Shown here: piece by piece, positions 56,692-64,000 of the stretch
How the letters are laid out: every line of letters begins with the position of its first letter
How positions within the stretch are numbered: the stretch's first letter is position 1
Origin: Gemmatimonadota bacterium
GTDB taxonomy: Bacteria > Gemmatimonadota > Gemmatimonadetes > Gemmatimonadales > Gemmatimonadaceae
Reading direction: 5' to 3'
DNA: 64,000 nucleotides
Assembly: GCA_040389905.1 (NCBI GenBank)
Contig: JAZJZK010000034.1
Coordinates: 1 to 64,000 of the forward strand
Notes under the pieces: model-generated
Database searches by the model: none
What the model saw: only the letters and a program-made list of their open reading frames with translations
Told to the model about the DNA's origin: nothing
Made by a program: the position numbers and the translations under genes

Positions 56692-57069
56692 TCAAACTCT
56701 CCGACGCTTCGGGGGACGGCAGCCGTTGTGCGGAATCGGCGTCACGTCCTTGATCGACTTCACCTGGAGTCCCGCCGCGGCGAGCGCCTGGATGGCCGAC
56801 TCGCGGCCGCTTCCGGGGCCCTGCACACGCACGTGCACCCGCTTCACACCAGCCGTCAGCGCCTCGCGCGCACACTGCTCTGCTGCGACCGTCGCAGCGA
56901 ACGGCGTGCTCTTCTTGGAGCCCTTGAAACCGGCCTTGCCACTCGAACCCCACGCGATCGCATTGCCACGCGGATCGGTGATGGTGATGGTCGTATTGTT
57001 GAAGGTCGCATTGACGTGGGCCACGCCCTCCGCCTCGACCACCTTCTTGGACTTCTTTCCAGTCGCCAT
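56692..57069 (-). CDS. rpsK: 30S ribosomal protein S11
   Basis: [43 protein letters not shown]. Confidence 0.98.
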   Translation of the reverse strand: MATGKKSKKVVEAEGVAHVNATFNNTTITITDPRGNAIAWGSSGKAGFKGSKKSTPFAATVAAEQCAREALTAGVKRVHVRVQGPGSGRESAIQALAAAGLQVKSIKDVTPIPHNGCRPPKRRRV

Positions 57070-57073
57070 AGGA

Positions 57074-57451
57074 TTACTTGGTTACCTTCTTCTTTCCGGC
57101 AATCGCGCGGCGCGGACCCTTCTTCGTGCGCGCATTGGTGTGCGTGCGCTGCCCACGAACGGGAAGGCCACGGCGGTGACGGGTACCGCGATACGAACCG
57201 ATGTCCATCAGACGCTTGATGTTCATCGAGACCTCCGTACGCAGGGCGCCTTCGACCCGGTACTCCTTCTCGATGACCTGACGGAGATGATTCACGTCAG
57301 CGTCGGTCAGGTCACGGACACGCAGTGCTGCGTCGATCCCCGCCTTCTTCATGATCTCCAGTGCGGACGCCCGTCCGATACCGAAGATGTAAGTCAGTCC
57401 GATCTCAACCTTTTTGTCGCGCGGGAGATCGATGCCAGAAATTCGAGCCAT
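57074..57451 (-). CDS. rpsM: 30S ribosomal protein S13
   Basis: [40 protein letters not shown]. Confidence 0.98.
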   Translation of the reverse strand: MARISGIDLPRDKKVEIGLTYIFGIGRASALEIMKKAGIDAALRVRDLTDADVNHLRQVIEKEYRVEGALRTEVSMNIKRLMDIGSYRGTRHRRGLPVRGQRTHTNARTKKGPRRAIAGKKKVTK

Positions 57452-57457
57452 TCTCTA

Positions 57458-57574
57458 TCAGCCCTGACGCTGCTTATGCTTAGGATTGCGCTTGCAGATG
57501 ATGCGAGTCACGCCGTTGCGCTTGACAACTTTGCAGTGCTCACAAATCGGCTTCACGCTGCTACGGACTTTCAC
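57458..57574 (-). CDS. rpmJ: 50S ribosomal protein L36 (38 aa, not in ORF track)
   Basis: Manual translation from [42 protein letters not shown]. Confidence 0.97.
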   Translation of the reverse strand: MKVRSSVKPICEHCKVVKRNGVTRIICKRNPKHKQRQG

Positions 57575-57620
57575 TGGATACCATCATTGCAAAACGTGAG
57601 ATTTTCCGGCCAAGTCACTA

Positions 57621-57649
57621 AGCATAACCGCCACTGTAAGTTGACGCAA
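57621..57649 (-). promoter_or_regulatory. Sigma70-type promoter for the rpmJ-alpha operon
   Basis: Minus strand TTGCGT-N17-TATGCT, 46 nt upstream of the rpmJ start. Confidence 0.65.
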
Positions 57650-57668
57650 CCCCGAGAGATACGGGGAT

Positions 57669-58397
57669 TCACCCCACCGGAGTCACCCACTGCGGCGTGT
57701 CCGCCGCCAGATCGGCCTGTACCCGCCGAAATGCCAGCCGCGGATCCGCCGCCGCCGTCACCGTTCGGCCCACCACCACATACCGCGCCCCGGCCCGCTG
57801 GGCCGATCGCGGCGTGACCACCCGGGCCTGATCGTTCGCAGCATCACCCTCCAGACGCACCCCAGGCACCAGCACGGCCAGCCGGTCGCCAAACACCCGC
57901 CGGACCGATTCCGCCTCCTCGCCGCTGCAGACGATCCCGTGCACGCCCACCGCCACGGCATCGCCCGCCAGCCGCAGAACCTCCTCCTGCACGTCCAGCG
58001 CGCCCCTGCCCCAGCTGCTCGCCAGCGCGGCCCCGTCCAACGAGGTCAGGACGGTCACGGCCAGCACACCGCACTCGGTACCAGCCGCCGCCTGCGCCGC
58101 CTCGAGCATCGCTCGGCCGCCAGAGGCGTGGACCGTCACGAGCTTGGCGCCCAATCCCGCAGCCGACCGAACGGCTCCCGCAACGGTATTCGGGATGTCG
58201 TGGAACTTGAGGTCGAGGAAAACGTCGGCGCCGAGCTCCTCCCGCAGGTCGCGGACGATCCGCGGGCCGGCCGCCGTGAATAGCGTGCTCCCGACCTTGT
58301 AGAAGCGGCACGCATCGCCCAGCACGCGGGCAAGAGCGATCGCATCGCCCGAGGTCGGGACGTCCAGGGCAACGATGGGTTTGGCATAGCCCGTCAT
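57669..58397 (-). CDS. pyrF: Orotidine-5'-phosphate decarboxylase
   Basis: IVALDV, FLDLKFHDIPNTV, TVHASGG, VTVLTS, VPGVR; real start ATG at 58397. Confidence 0.96.
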   Translation of the reverse strand: MTGYAKPIVALDVPTSGDAIALARVLGDACRFYKVGSTLFTAAGPRIVRDLREELGADVFLDLKFHDIPNTVAGAVRSAAGLGAKLVTVHASGGRAMLEAAQAAAGTECGVLAVTVLTSLDGAALASSWGRGALDVQEEVLRLAGDAVAVGVHGIVCSGEEAESVRRVFGDRLAVLVPGVRLEGDAANDQARVVTPRSAQRAGARYVVVGRTVTAAADPRLAFRRVQADLAADTPQWVTPVG

Positions 58398-58422
58398 ACT
58401 TGGATACCCGTTGTGGCGCGCA

Positions 58423-58524
58423 GGCACATTGAACGCGGATTGAGCGGATTGAAGCGGATAGGATCCGATACAACTGCTTTCGTTTGCGTGGTTGAATCGC
58501 CGAAATCCGCTCAATTCGCGGTCA
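58423..58524. repeat. Second copy of the GCGGATTGA-type REP element, right arm degenerate
   Basis: 58423-58460 is 37/38 identical to the reverse complement of 36209-36246; partial inverted arm AATCCGCTCAATTCGCGGTCA at 58504-58524. Confidence 0.88.
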
Positions 58525-58540
58525 GGCCACTCGCAACTGC

Positions 58541-59488
58541 TTAGAACTTCAGAACACCAACAATCTCACCGATTTGCGCGACGCCATGTGCATGGCACCA
58601 TTGCTCGAGCCCGCGAACCACACGTTCCGGCGCGCGCGGATCGCGCAGCATCGCCGTCCCCATCCCGACCAGTGAGGCACCGGCCATGAGGTACTGGAGC
58701 GCGTCCTCCGCACTCGACACCCCTCCGAGACCGAAGAGCGGAACCGACACCGCTTGCCGCACCTTCCAGGTCGCAAGCACCCCGACGGGGCGCAAGGCGG
58801 TACCGCTTACCCCACCCGTGCCGAATCCAAGCGCCGGCGCACGCCGTTCGACATCGATCACCAGGCCGGGAATGGTATTCACCAGCGTCAGCGCATCCGC
58901 GCCCGAATCGACCGCGATCCTGGCACTCTGGGCAATGGCCGGTAACATCGGCGAAAGCTTCACGAACAACGGCCGGCGCGTCACCGCGCGCGCTCGACGC
59001 ACGACGTCCGCGAGCGCGGTGGGATCCGCCCCAAATTCCGCGCCACCTGCCTTGACGTTGGGACAGCTCACGTTGAGCTCGTACCCGTCGAGCGCCCCAA
59101 CACAGTCCCGCTCCACGCATGCATCGAGCTCGGCAATGACTTCAGCGAACTCCTCCGTCGCGAAGCCGACGATGTTTGCGATTTTTCGCGTCTCAGGAAG
59201 CGATGTCGCCAACCAAGGCAAATGTTCGAGTCGGACGGCGGCAACACCTGGGTTTGCCAGCCCCACCGCGTTGATCATGCCGCCATCGAACTCGGCGACG
59301 CGCGGTGACGGGGCTCCGACCCTCGGCTCCGGGCTCACGGCCTTCGTAACGAGCCCGCCGAGTGCGTGCAGGTCGACGATGTCCGATAGCTCGCGGCCGT
59401 AAGCGGCGGTTCCAGCGGCGAGAACGATTGGATTTTGAAAGGTGAGTCCGGCAACCTTCACCGCGAGCGTACCGCGGTGACCGCTCAT
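58541..59488 (-). CDS. pyrD: Dihydroorotate dehydrogenase, class 1 catalytic subunit
   Basis: NPIVLAAGT, GMINAVGLANPG, ELNVSCPNV, VKLSP, GGVSG. Confidence 0.93.
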   Translation of the reverse strand: MSGHRGTLAVKVAGLTFQNPIVLAAGTAAYGRELSDIVDLHALGGLVTKAVSPEPRVGAPSPRVAEFDGGMINAVGLANPGVAAVRLEHLPWLATSLPETRKIANIVGFATEEFAEVIAELDACVERDCVGALDGYELNVSCPNVKAGGAEFGADPTALADVVRRARAVTRRPLFVKLSPMLPAIAQSARIAVDSGADALTLVNTIPGLVIDVERRAPALGFGTGGVSGTALRPVGVLATWKVRQAVSVPLFGLGGVSSAEDALQYLMAGASLVGMGTAMLRDPRAPERVVRGLEQWCHAHGVAQIGEIVGVLKF

Positions 59489-60777
59489 CGCGATCCGACC
59501 ACTCCGGCAGGCGGACGGCCGTCTGCGCTGACACGACGCTCATACCGCTTCAGGTATTCGAGCACACCGTCCGAGATCGCCGCCGCGAGCTCATCCATCT
59601 TCGCGGGGTCACTGAGGTAGGCGGCCTCCGCCGGATTGGTTCCGAAGCCGATTTCCACGAGGACGGCAGGCATGAACGCGGTGACCAGCACGCGAAATCC
59701 CGCCTGTTTCACCCCTCGGCTCGGCCCGGGGTGTACCTGTCCCATCCGCCGCTGAATCAGGTCAGCGAGCTCATTCGCCTCGCGAAGGTGCTCGTTCTGC
59801 TTCATGTCGCTCAGGATGAAGCTGAGGGGATCGCCCGCTTGCGCCGACGGCCCCGATTCGAAACGAATCGCCTCGTTTTCCATCTGCTCGACACGCCGAG
59901 CATCCTCGGTCTTCGCTTCGGCGAGGAAGTAGGTCTCGAAGCCCCGGGAGCCACCTGGATCCTTCCAGTTTGGGTTGGCCGCGTTGACGTGGATGCTGAC
60001 GAACAGATCAGCACGTGCGTCGTTCGCGATCCGCCCCCGATCGGAGAGTGCGATGAGGGTGTCGGTCGAGCGCGTGTACTTGACGTCGATGCCCCGAACG
60101 CCGAGCGCCGTGCCGACGCGCTTCGCCACGTTGAGCGTCACGTTCTTTTCGAGCAGCTCGGAACGGCCGCCAATTGGTCCGTGCATCCCGCCGTCGGGAC
60201 CACCGTGGCCCGCGTCTACCACAACGAGGCGCCGCGACCGCAGCGCACCAAGCGAGGAACGCGCGGCAACGACCGAACCGCGGTCTGCGGCGCCTTCCAG
60301 AGGTGGACCGCTTCGGGGCGTCCTTGCGGGGCGGACCGGTTCCGCGCCGGCTTTTGTCGAGTACTTCTGGACGGTCGAAAACGCGCGCAACTCGAACCGG
60401 TCAGGATCCCACACCAGATTCTGCGCGACGTGCGGAATGATCTCGGCGACAAGCTGAAGCGGAATGTAGAGCGCGCCTTTGCGCACTTCCGGCGCGATGG
60501 CGAGCTGATAGGTCTCGTCGCCGACCTTGGCGAACCGATTGCCTTCCTCGACCGAGATCGCGGTGCCGTTGACGATCAGCATCCACCGGCCGGCCGTGAG
60601 ATGCGAGACGGTGATCGGCACAACCGGCTTGAGCTGATCCGCACGCAGCAGCGGTCCGTCGGGCGTCGCCACGAGGGCGACCGAAACGGACCGCATGGCG
60701 TCTTTGACGACCAGCGGACGCGCGACGGATGGCATCGCCGCAGCGATCTGAAAGGCCGAGACCAGGGCGAGAATCAT
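59485..60777 (-). CDS. N-acetylmuramoyl-L-alanine amidase (Amidase_3)
   Basis: VVVDAGHGG, EKNVTL, FVSIHVNA, MPAVLVEIGF; N-terminal signal-like segment. Confidence 0.93.
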   Translation of the reverse strand: MILALVSAFQIAAAMPSVARPLVVKDAMRSVSVALVATPDGPLLRADQLKPVVPITVSHLTAGRWMLIVNGTAISVEEGNRFAKVGDETYQLAIAPEVRKGALYIPLQLVAEIIPHVAQNLVWDPDRFELRAFSTVQKYSTKAGAEPVRPARTPRSGPPLEGAADRGSVVAARSSLGALRSRRLVVVDAGHGGPDGGMHGPIGGRSELLEKNVTLNVAKRVGTALGVRGIDVKYTRSTDTLIALSDRGRIANDARADLFVSIHVNAANPNWKDPGGSRGFETYFLAEAKTEDARRVEQMENEAIRFESGPSAQAGDPLSFILSDMKQNEHLREANELADLIQRRMGQVHPGPSRGVKQAGFRVLVTAFMPAVLVEIGFGTNPAEAAYLSDPAKMDELAAAISDGVLEYLKRYERRVSADGRPPAGVVGSR

Positions 60778-61244
60778 CGGCGCGTCACCGCGCGCGCGAT
60801 TTCACGATTCGCGTCGCGCTCGCGCTCCGTGTCGCGCTTATCGTGCAGCTTCTTTCCCTTCCCCAGAGCCAATACCACCTTGGCGATCCCGCGTTTGAAG
60901 TACAACTCGAGCGGAACCAGGGTGAGCCCCTGACGCTCGATGGCACCTATCAGACGCGTGATCTCGCGCTTGTGCAACAGGAGCTTGCGCGTGCGGGTCG
61001 GCTCATGGTTGTTGTAGCTGGCGCGTTCGTAGATCGAGATGTGGAGGTTGATGATGTAGATCTCGCCTTCGCGGACGATACCGAAGGCGTCCGAAAGATT
61101 GGCTTTCCCTTCGCGCAGCGACTTCACCTCACTGCCGGTCAGCACGATTCCGGCCTCGAAGGTGTCGAGGATGATGTAGTCGTGTCGCGCCTTCCTGTTC
61201 TTCGCGACAGACTCGATCTCTGTTTTCTCCTCGGACTTCGCCAT
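60774..61244 (-). CDS. smpB: SsrA-binding protein
   Basis: NRKARHDY, EAGIVLTGSEVKSLR, RKLLLHKREI, GKGKKLHDKR. Confidence 0.98.
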   Translation of the reverse strand: MAKSEEKTEIESVAKNRKARHDYIILDTFEAGIVLTGSEVKSLREGKANLSDAFGIVREGEIYIINLHISIYERASYNNHEPTRTRKLLLHKREITRLIGAIERQGLTLVPLELYFKRGIAKVVLALGKGKKLHDKRDTERERDANREIARAVTRR

Positions 61245-61289
61245 GCAATTCATTATAGACGGGGCATCTGCGAGCGGCAACGCAATGCG

Positions 61290-61319
61290 TTGACTTGGTT
61301 ACGCGCGCGGGCTTAATTT
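61290..61319 (+). promoter_or_regulatory. Possible sigma70 promoter for tRNA-Leu
   Basis: TTGACT-N18-TAATTT, 19 nt upstream of the tRNA. Confidence 0.5.
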
Positions 61320-61338
61320 GCGTGTCTGTTCCAGAAAG

Positions 61339-61422
61339 GCTCGGGTGGTGGAACTGGTAGACACGCAGGTCTCAGAAGCCTGTGCCTTCACCGGCGTGGG
61401 GGTTCAAGTCCCCCCTCGAGCA
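61339..61422 (+). tRNA. tRNA-Leu (CAG), CCA not encoded
   Basis: Acceptor GCTCGGG/CTCGAGC+A, D-loop GGAACTGGTAGAC, anticodon arm CAGGT-CTCAGAA-GCCTG, long variable arm, GGTTCAAGTCC. Confidence 0.97.
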
Positions 61423-61432
61423 CTGTCGGAAG

Positions 61433-61462
61433 GCGTCCGTCACTTCGTGACGGACGCTTTTT
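61433..61462 (+). terminator. Intrinsic terminator after tRNA-Leu
   Basis: GCGTCCGTCAC-TTC-GTGACGGACGC-TTTTT. Confidence 0.9.
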
Positions 61463-61471
61463 GATTTTATC

Positions 61472-61596
61472 GGGCTTGGGCGGGGGCTTGGGCTACGGCT
61501 TGGGCGGGGGCCTTACCGAGGGCTTACCGGCAGGCGAGGGCGCGGACTTGGGCTTTGGTTTGGGCTTGGGCTCCCTCAAGGCTAAGTCGAGTACCC
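61472..61596. repeat. Degenerate 6-bp tandem repeat (GGCTTG)n
   Basis: About 17 in-phase hexamers at 61473-61574 followed by a short, decayed complementary-like tail (CTCAAGGCTAAGTC). Confidence 0.8.
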
Positions 61597-61618
61597 ATCC
61601 TGAAACTGCCATTTTACC

Positions 61619-61655
61619 TGTCACCCTGAGCGAGCGAAGCTCGTCGAAGGGTCTG
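61619..61655. repeat. Single REP-like hairpin
   Basis: TGTCACCCTGAGCGAGCGAAGCTCGTCGAAGGGTCTG folds as ACCCT/AGGGT plus CGAGC-GAA-GCTCG; resembles GTCA(T/C)CCTGAGC...GAAGG REP-type repeats; only one copy in window. Confidence 0.55.
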
Positions 61656-61709
61656 CACGTCACACACAGAACAGCATTTTGGCTAGGGCGGCCCGGGGCC
61701 GGCGCCTGG

Positions 61710-62261
61710 TTAATTGCGAATTCGCGAGGGAGCTACGTCCTCGGGAAGCTCGGCTGCGCCGAACGTCTCGCGAAGAGCAGCGTTTGCCTCCGTCATATAC
61801 TCGCGTACGAGCTCGGTTCCACGCTGCACTGCCGGGTCGTCGGCGCGAATGGGACCGCCAGAGAATGCCAGCAGATTCTGCGCAACGCGCGTCGACGCCG
61901 AGCCGCCGCCGCGCGACGTGATGGCGTCGCGATAGGCGCTCATCCGGGCATTGAATTGCCGCTCGGCCAGTTCGAGGAGCTCGCCATCGACGTTCCGGTC
62001 CTTGCCCATCCGGTGCAGCAGTGCGCGCAGCGCCTCTGACGGAGTCCGGTCGTCGAGGGCGTCCCGCTGCGCAACCAGGATTCCAAGCGCACGGCGCAAG
62101 TAACGCAGTTCCCACTGCGCATGATCGAGGTCACCACGCGTCGCGACGGTCGCGAGCCAGTCCACGTCTTCCGCCGACGGCTCGCGCATGAGCGCGACGG
62201 CGTACTCCGAGCTCTTGCGGAGCAACGCACGGTCGTCACGAAATGAACGGAATAGGCGCAC
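61710..62261 (-). CDS. Hypothetical protein (helical, 183 aa)
   Basis: Protein-like composition; starts 14 nt after the Rrf2 stop, same strand. Confidence 0.7.
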   Translation of the reverse strand: MRLFRSFRDDRALLRKSSEYAVALMREPSAEDVDWLATVATRGDLDHAQWELRYLRRALGILVAQRDALDDRTPSEALRALLHRMGKDRNVDGELLELAERQFNARMSAYRDAITSRGGGSASTRVAQNLLAFSGGPIRADDPAVQRGTELVREYMTEANAALRETFGAAELPEDVAPSRIRN

Positions 62262-62275
62262 TGGCGCCGCTTCGA

Positions 62276-62770
62276 TCAGCCGTGGAGAACGGGCAGCGCG
62301 AGGCGACCCGATGCCGATACCATCGGCCGATCAAGTCCCACGCGCTCACGAACCTGCTGCTCCTGCATCAAGAGATCGCTGAGCCGCACGCTGTCCAGCA
62401 CCTCGTCGATCTTCTGTTGTAACAACACCCAGACCGGGCGAATGCTGCAGTCGTGCGACTCGGCGCAACGCTCGGCTTCGACTGGATGGGTGACGCAGTG
62501 GATGTCGAAGGTCGAATGCTCGGACGCCGAGATCACGTCGCGAACGGTGATCTCGTCAGCCGGCCGCGCCAGGCGGTACCCGCCATGTGCGCCTCGTGTG
62601 CTCACAACGATCGTCGCGCGACGCAGCTTGAGCATGATCTGCTCGACGTAGTCCGCGGGCAGTCGCTCACGTGCGGCAATCTCGCGGCCTGTGACAGGTC
62701 CGTCCGACGTCCGCCGGGCCAGATGAAGCGCGCAGATGAGGCCGTATTCGGCCTGGGTGGTGATTCGCAC
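62276..62770 (-). CDS. Rrf2 family (IscR-like) transcriptional regulator
   Basis: MRITTQAEYGL, YVEQIMLKL, STRGAHGGYRLARP; three Cys (C-x9-C-x5-C) as potential Fe-S ligands. Confidence 0.92.
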   Translation of the reverse strand: MRITTQAEYGLICALHLARRTSDGPVTGREIAARERLPADYVEQIMLKLRRATIVVSTRGAHGGYRLARPADEITVRDVISASEHSTFDIHCVTHPVEAERCAESHDCSIRPVWVLLQQKIDEVLDSVRLSDLLMQEQQVRERVGLDRPMVSASGRLALPVLHG

Positions 62771-62888
62771 GCCTGAAATCTAGTGCAATCGTCAGATATC
62801 GGCTATCGCGCGCCGCCGAAAGCAGCGTTTCGTGCTGCACCGACCGGGCCACCACCGCCACAAGGAACGCGGCACAGTGAACGACTCC

Positions 62889-63338
62889 TCAGCGCGGCGC
62901 AAATCTCGTCACCACAATCGTGACCTCCTCGTCGGCGAGCCTCGTGTCGTAATCGATGTCGATTCGTGTCGGGTATCCGAGGACCGGATCATACGTCACG
63001 TCGAGCTTGGCGGCATTGCGGCGCGCTGCATCGTCCACGATCTCCCAAAGTCCGTCGATCGTTGGAAAACTCTGCGCATAGTTCGCCGGCAGGGGCTGCC
63101 CTGAACTCTCATACCGTCGACTCTCAACCACACCATTTCGCACGGCGACGATTACCGGATTCGTGAATTCTGCGGGGCAGAAGCACAGACGCCGCATCGT
63201 AAAGTCATACGACGCCGGATGATTCGACGTCCAGCGGTCGCGCGCGGTGTTCGGGCTCGGGTCCGCTTCCGTGGATACGACACGGCAGGATGCTGCGAGG
63301 CTGACAACGCCAAGCAGCATCCACGCTCGCGTGCTCAT
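62889..63338 (-). CDS. Lipoprotein, DUF6174-like
   Basis: Lipobox LAASC; SYDFTMRRLCFC, TIDGLW, VTYDPVLGYP...ADEE. Confidence 0.7.
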   Translation of the reverse strand: MSTRAWMLLGVVSLAASCRVVSTEADPSPNTARDRWTSNHPASYDFTMRRLCFCPAEFTNPVIVAVRNGVVESRRYESSGQPLPANYAQSFPTIDGLWEIVDDAARRNAAKLDVTYDPVLGYPTRIDIDYDTRLADEEVTIVVTRFAPR

Positions 63339-64000
63339 CCGCCGGCGACCATTCCGTGCTTGCCGCCCGGCACACCGATCTCGGTCATCTTCCGGAGATC
63401 GAGCACGTCGTCGATCTCATCGGCAGGGAGCAGCTGGTCGCGCTTCACCATGTCACGCACGAGAATCCCCTCCTTCACCGACTGCTTGCTCAGCTCCGCC
63501 GCCTTCGCGTAGCCGATGTGCGGCATCAGCGCCGTCGCCAGCGCGGCCGAACGTTCAACCCAGTAGGCGCACATGTCCTCATGTGCTTCGATGCCCGATA
63601 CGCACTTCTCGTTGAATACCCTCGCGGTGTTCGTCAGAATACGCATGGACAACAGCACATTGAACGCGATAACGGGCATCATGACGTTGAGCTCGAGCTG
63701 GCCATGCTCGGCGGAAATCGCGACCGTCGTATCGAGACCCATCACCTGGAAGCAGACCTGATTGACCATCTCCGGGATCGATGGATTGATCTTGCCCGGC
63801 ATGATCGACGAGCCTGGTTGCACGGCGGGAAGCTTGATCTCGTCGATGCCCGTGCGCGGACCCATCACCATGATGCGCAGGTCGCTCGCAATCTTGCTCA
63901 GGTCGATTGCCAGCACGCGCATTGCCGCGCTGAACCCTGCGACATCGCCCATGCTCTGCATCAGCTGAATGCGGTCGGCTCCAATGCGCAGCTCGAGGCC
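63335..64000 (-). CDS. aspA: Aspartate ammonia-lyase (fumarase/aspartase family), C-terminal part
   Basis: Signature QPGSSIMPGKINP, EMVNQVCFQV, GQLELNVMMP, IGYAKAAEL. Confidence 0.85.
   Translation of the reverse strand, partial: GLELRIGADRIQLMQSMGDVAGFSAAMRVLAIDLSKIASDLRIMVMGPRTGIDEIKLPAVQPGSSIMPGKINPSIPEMVNQVCFQVMGLDTTVAISAEHGQLELNVMMPVIAFNVLLSMRILTNTARVFNEKCVSGIEAHEDMCAYWVERSAALATALMPHIGYAKAAELSKQSVKEGILVRDMVKRDQLLPADEIDDVLDLRKMTEIGVPGGKHGMVAGG

Noticed and set aside
58398..58514. N-terminal extension of pyrF
   Set aside because: It translates the GCGGATTGA repeat element; PyrF homology begins at ATG 58397.
60774..61460. tmRNA (ssrA) next to smpB
   Set aside because: The adjacent RNA is a complete 84-nt tRNA-Leu with an anticodon arm followed directly by a terminator; no tag reading frame.
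61461..62039. 192-aa Gly/Leu-rich plus-strand ORF after the tRNA
   Set aside because: It starts inside the terminator T-run, its N-terminus is the hexamer repeat, and the rest is antisense to a more plausible gene.
61339..64000. Genomic island or prophage integrated at tRNA-Leu
   Set aside because: No integrase, no att-like duplication of the tRNA 3' end seen, and downstream genes (Rrf2, aspA) look like core genome.

Overview
High-GC bacterial chromosomal window, mostly core genome. Gene content and order, the long FCB-type SecA and the very long LptD-like protein suggest Gemmatimonadota; this is an inference. Nearly all genes are on the minus strand. Reading from the right end: aspA (partial), lipoprotein, Rrf2 regulator, hypothetical protein, tRNA-Leu(CAG) on +, smpB-amidase-pyrD-pyrF, a stand-alone alpha operon (rpmJ-rpsM-rpsK-rpsD-rpoA-rplQ-rpmB; rpmJ is absent from the ORF track), a nucleotide-sugar cluster with carB embedded, bamD-nadD-secA, radC-vapBC-relA/spoT, uvrB-tsaE-tsaB-rimI, ssb, an ECF sigma/anti-sigma pair, a LysM protein, epimerase-tolQRAB-pal-cpoB-tatC-lptD, hutH-hutU-radical SAM-hutI, two large TPR proteins, ispB, tatA, ppiD (+), and aroQ-pepP-accB. 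I see no integrase, transposase, prophage or CRISPR array. The most distinctive unexplained structure is non-coding: seven intergenic loci carry REP/REPIN-like elements built from 6-, 7- or 9-bp periodic units. Two families recur almost identically 14 and 22 kb apart, three elements abut stop codons, and no cognate enzyme is encoded in the window. Secondary leads are the radical SAM gene coupled to hutI, RR-bearing signal peptides in the Tol-Pal operon containing tatC, and TPR proteins that may belong to a pilus/polarity module. No database searches were run; all family assignments come from motif recognition.
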